A stretch of DNA of 64,000 nt, taken from Eledone cirrhosa. Taxonomy: Eukaryota. The DNA lies in NCBI GenBank assembly GCA_964016885.1, contig OZ024746.1, positions 70,060,001 through 70,124,000 on the forward strand, in the 5' to 3' direction. The notes below the pieces were generated by a model, which had not been told where the DNA came from, searched no databases, and saw only the letters and a program-made list of their open reading frames with translations. Of the stretch, positions 60,586-64,000 are shown in pieces. Position numbers and translations under genes: made by a program. How positions within the stretch are numbered: position 1 is the stretch's first letter; the number at the start of each line of letters is the position of its first letter.

Positions 60586-60640
60586 AGTTTAAGCAAGCAA
60601 AGAATCGCTGCTTTCACCCTTAACGGGATCTTCTGAAACT
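60586..60640 (-). ncRNA. CAGAAGA-core hammerhead-like fold (inverted copy with a 4-bp duplication)
   Basis: Reverse complement of 61219-61269 with an extra GCTT. Confidence 0.55.
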
Positions 60641-61218
60641 AACACGTATTTATTTATTTATATACGTTTATTTAATTATTTGTACACACACACACACATA
60701 TTTATATGTGCGTGTATTTGTATACCTATGGCGAGTGTTTTCGCGTATGCTTGTGTATGTACGTATTTGGATGCGTGTATGTATTTATTTAATTTCAATT
60801 ACCTCTGTATTTTATTTACTTTATTCTTAACTCTGAAGCGGAGAATCATTCGGTTTCCTAGTTAGAATTTTAGTCTACGACTTCAGTTATACCATTTACG
60901 TGGTTTTGTCTTTGCGTGCAATTTTTCTCCACGCTCCACATATAACGTATTATCTTCGTTTTTTCCGTTCATTGCCAGAGAACGTCTCTATGAACCACCT
61001 AAGAGAATATTAGTCTACGACTTCTTTTATACCATAAACGTGGTTTTGTCTTTGCGTGTAATTGTTTTTCCCTGCTCCAAATAATGACGTATTATATTCG
61101 TTTTTTCCCGTTCTTTGCCAGGGAACGTTTCCACGAACCAAAGTATCGTCTTCCTGTCTTCCTCCGGTTGCAATGTTTTTTGAAATATTCACTTCTGCGT
61201 TTACAGATTGACTTTGTT

Positions 61219-61269
61219 AGTTTCAGAAGATCCCGTTAAGGGTGAAAGCAGCGATTCTTTGCTTAAACT
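61219..61269 (+). ncRNA. Hammerhead-like fold with non-canonical CAGAAGA core
   Basis: AGTTT-CAGAAGA-T-CCC(GTTAA)GGG-T-GAAA-GCA(GCGATTCTT)TGC-TT-AAACT; all three stems pair; CUU triplet; AATAAA at 61285. Confidence 0.65.
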
Positions 61270-61379
61270 TTAATCTGTTATTTTAATAAATATTTGCTCT
61301 ACGGTTCTTATATATTTGATATATATTTATCCTTATCGAGCCCTCTTTGGATTTTAGTCTTCAAATTTATTATTATTAC

Positions 61380-61449
<70 letters not shown>

Positions 61450-62145
61450 CGCGCGCGTGTGTGTGTATGAGGTCTATCTAAAGATTTCCACTACTTCTGT
61501 AATATCTAAAGCTGAATCTCTCAGATTTTTAGAGTAAAATAAATGACATTCAAACTTTTATGAAAGATATAAGCGACATATGTAAAGTGTATTTGCTTTG
61601 AGCAGGATCTTAATCAGGTCGAGGACCTAATTCACTGGAATGTTATTTTATTCTGCAGCGTGCTTACACAAAGTTATTTATATAATTCATTTTCACTTTG
61701 CCTAAAGCCAATTGTTGTCGTAGGCAGTTGCACCTCAGGCATATTAGTGCAATTTATTTTGCCGGCTACGACAGAATGGAAGTCGTCGAAGAAAATTCCA
61801 TTCATTTTTAGATTATTTTTAGGATTAAGAAATAAAGAAGGAAAGAATATCGGAATTTGACAAACTTTCTTAATTGGCTATCTATTGTTGATTAAGCAAT
61901 TAGCGATCACAAACTGGGTATGCAAAATTATTATATAGTATTCATGTAAATTTCTCAAAGTAAATGAATATGCTCAAAGATAAATGAAAGTGCTACTTTA
62001 GTTACCATGAAAAGGAAGATAAGATACTAAACTGTTTACTCTGAGTGTGTATGTGTGTCTGTCTGTCTGTGAGACAGGAAGAGAGAGGGAGAGAGAGAGA
62101 TATTTGCATTTACTAATCATTGTTTAAGGGTTTGTCTGCCTCGTG

Positions 62146-62335
62146 ATGCCGACGGACACGATGGAAAATACACTGCCCTGAATGGCGGAAAGGGAGACGC
62201 GCTGGAACAGCTACGCGACCAGCCTACTCCGCACCGATAATAGTGAGCAGGGATGTGGTCCGGGGACCAAGAACGTCGGAAGTCTCCACTGCCACAGGCT
62301 CGACCACAAACCTATCAGAGAGCGGCCGATACGAC
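62146..62335 (-). pseudogene. Decayed 3' end of a CRE-clade non-LTR retrotransposon
   Basis: Minus: YRPLSDRFVVEPVAVETSDVLGPRTTSLLTIIGAE*.../LFQRVSLSAIQGSVFSIVSVG; shares DNA with 32095-32395. Confidence 0.78.
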
Positions 62336-62868
62336 TAGAAATACCTTCTAGAAGAAAGTGCCCATGACATTTTGCAGTCCTTTCTGAAACCAATGGGGCT
62401 CATACTGTTAATATTCAGTTTAAATTATTACAGGTTGATACCCGCAGGAAATACATGTAATATATCTGGAGGAATGGTCTGTGCGCATGACCTTTGTATC
62501 ACCCAGCCCTTCCGAGACTAATGATGAAACTGATGCTGTTTATGTTACAGGTCGTTTCCTGCGGGAAATACATGTGCAGGGAGAGAATTCCAGAGGGTCA
62601 ACGTTCTGGTACGGAAGGGCTAGGCGTAGTGATTAGAGCGTGGTCTGGAAGATTGGACGCAGGAAACTGGAACCAATAATGCGGCTTTTTTGCCAATTCA
62701 ACGTCTAAAACACTAATGCTAACAGAATTATTATGTGGAGTCAAGCATGACCTCCTGAAAATGGCTAAGTATAGACCATAGGCTCGTCTTGATAGATACA
62801 TATCTAGTTGGTGTTGTCTCCCAGATATAGTCAGATAGATACATAAATCGTTGTTGTTCCAGTTCTAG

Positions 62869-62920
<52 letters not shown>

Positions 62921-62937
62921 ATAATAATAAATTTGAA

Positions 62938-63076
62938 GACTGTCTTCCTCCGGTTGCAACGTTTTTTGAAATATCACTTCTGCGTTCACAGATTGACTTT
63001 GTTAGTTTCAGAAGATCCTCTTAAGGGTGAAAGCAGCGATTCTTTGCTTAAACTTTAATCTGTTATTTTAATAAAA
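62938..63076 (+). mobile_element. Truncated copy of the CAGAAGA-core element (fold at 63004-63054)
   Basis: Near-identical to 61153-61290, including CAGAAGA at 63009-63015; starts after (TA)n/(TAA)n. Confidence 0.8.
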
Positions 63077-63450
63077 AAAGAATCAGTGTTGCGACGAATG
63101 GAATTTATTGAACATATTACAATCGTTTCTCTGGCGACCAGCTCGAGGCACGATCGATGTGATGATCGAACCTGACTCTGAAAATCGCAAGGTCCTCAGA
63201 TACGTCTTGATTCTACGGAGCAGAATTTTTTTTTTGTTGAAAATCTGCTTCGTAGAATCAAGATGTATCTGAAGACCATCGAGCGTGCCTCGAGCTGGTC
63301 GCCAGAGAAATAATTGTAATATGTCCAATAAATTCCACTCATCGCAACACTGATTCTCTTTTTTTTGTGTTATCATACTCTGCTCTATGAGAGCATCGAG
63401 TGCTCAGACGGCCTACCGCATACGGGCGCTTTAACCATCCAACACCAATT
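63073..63450. mobile_element. Fold-back element with atypical hammerhead (63262-63325, +)
   Basis: Arms about 63073-63230 and 63240-63366. Right arm GATGTAT-CTGAAGA-...-GAAA-T(AATT)G-TA-ATATGTC, then AATAAA; the left arm keeps GAAAC(GATT)GTA on minus; stem II is irregular. Confidence 0.65.
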
Positions 63451-63472
63451 ATATATATATATATATATATAT

Positions 63473-63675
63473 ATTAAAATAACAGATTAAAGTTTAAGCA
63501 AAGAATCGCTGCTTTCACCCTTAACGGGATCTCGTTAAGGGTGAAAGCAGCGATTCTTTGCTTAAACTTTAATCTGTTATTTTAATAAATATTTGCTCTA
63601 CGGCTCTTATATATTTGATATATATTTATCCTTATCGAGCCCTCTTTGGATTTTAGTCTTTAATTTTATTATTAT

Positions 63676-63678
<3 letters not shown>
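63473..63678 (+). mobile_element. Fold-back copy of the CAGAAGA family with apex at the core/stem II
   Basis: Arms meet at 63526-63532 (CCCTTAACG-ggatct-CGTTAAGGG); the long arm matches 61234-61380; (TA)n on both sides. Confidence 0.85.
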
Positions 63679-63744
<66 letters not shown>

Positions 63745-63973
63745 CTGTCTCATAGGTTAAGTATTTAAACGTAGAGTGTTGACTTCTAGACTGCTCTCAA
63801 GATAGCAGAAGATAAGGTAAAGTGTGAATCTCCTGAAATGATCCAATGAGCCAAAAGATAAGAATTGGAATAGTAAATGAAACGTAAACAGATATTATAC
63901 ACATATGTATACACACATACACATATATATCATGTTATATATTATATTTATATGACATTTTATATATATTTTA

Positions 63974-64000
63974 CTAGCAGAATGGCCCGGCGTTGCTCGG
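63974..64000 (-). mobile_element. Helitron 3' terminus (element continues beyond the window)
   Basis: Minus: CCGAGCAACGCCGGG hairpin, CCATTCTG, CTAG|T. Confidence 0.7.

Larger units (their letters stand above)
60564..61380 (+). mobile_element. Non-coding PLE/retrozyme-like element: short inverted terminal arm, body, then hammerhead-bearing 3' repeat
   Basis: 60564-60644 is the reverse complement of about 61215-61292; the body has a ~140-bp tandem duplication (60871-61010 / 61011-61140); (TA)n on both sides; no meaningful ORF. Confidence 0.78.

Noticed and set aside
63380-63420. CTATGA-GAGCA(TCGAG)TGCTC-AGAC, and CTGAAAA-TGG...CCA near 62755
   Set aside because: Both core strands deviate; too decayed to call as hammerheads.

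Overview
AT-rich, repeat-saturated eukaryotic non-coding DNA. The mix of long (TA)n/(CA)n/(GA)n microsatellites, tRNA-headed SINEs and satellites resembles a coleoid cephalopod (octopus-like) genome; this is an inference. No intact protein-coding ORF is supported: the long ORFs in the track are translations of simple repeats. The window holds a 12.5-kb 41-bp satellite with higher-order periodicity, a 3.5-kb 18/20-bp satellite, several minisatellites, many SINEs, three decayed 3' ends of a CRE-like non-LTR retrotransposon, Helitron and hAT-MITE pieces, and weak hints of minus-strand 5' exons and a CCAAT/CRE island. The main hidden signal is a dispersed set of short non-coding elements, most sitting in or beside (TA)n tracts, that carry minimal type I hammerhead ribozyme folds. 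There are about 10 unrelated sequence families, some intact, some decayed and some halved. Many are fold-back palindromes whose apex lies in or next to the ribozyme. They are best read as Penelope-like (PLE) pseudo-LTR or retrozyme-like insertions. They include a family with a non-canonical CAGAAGA core and a family whose inverted arm appears to be rebuilt in every copy. All folds were done by eye and need computational and biochemical confirmation.
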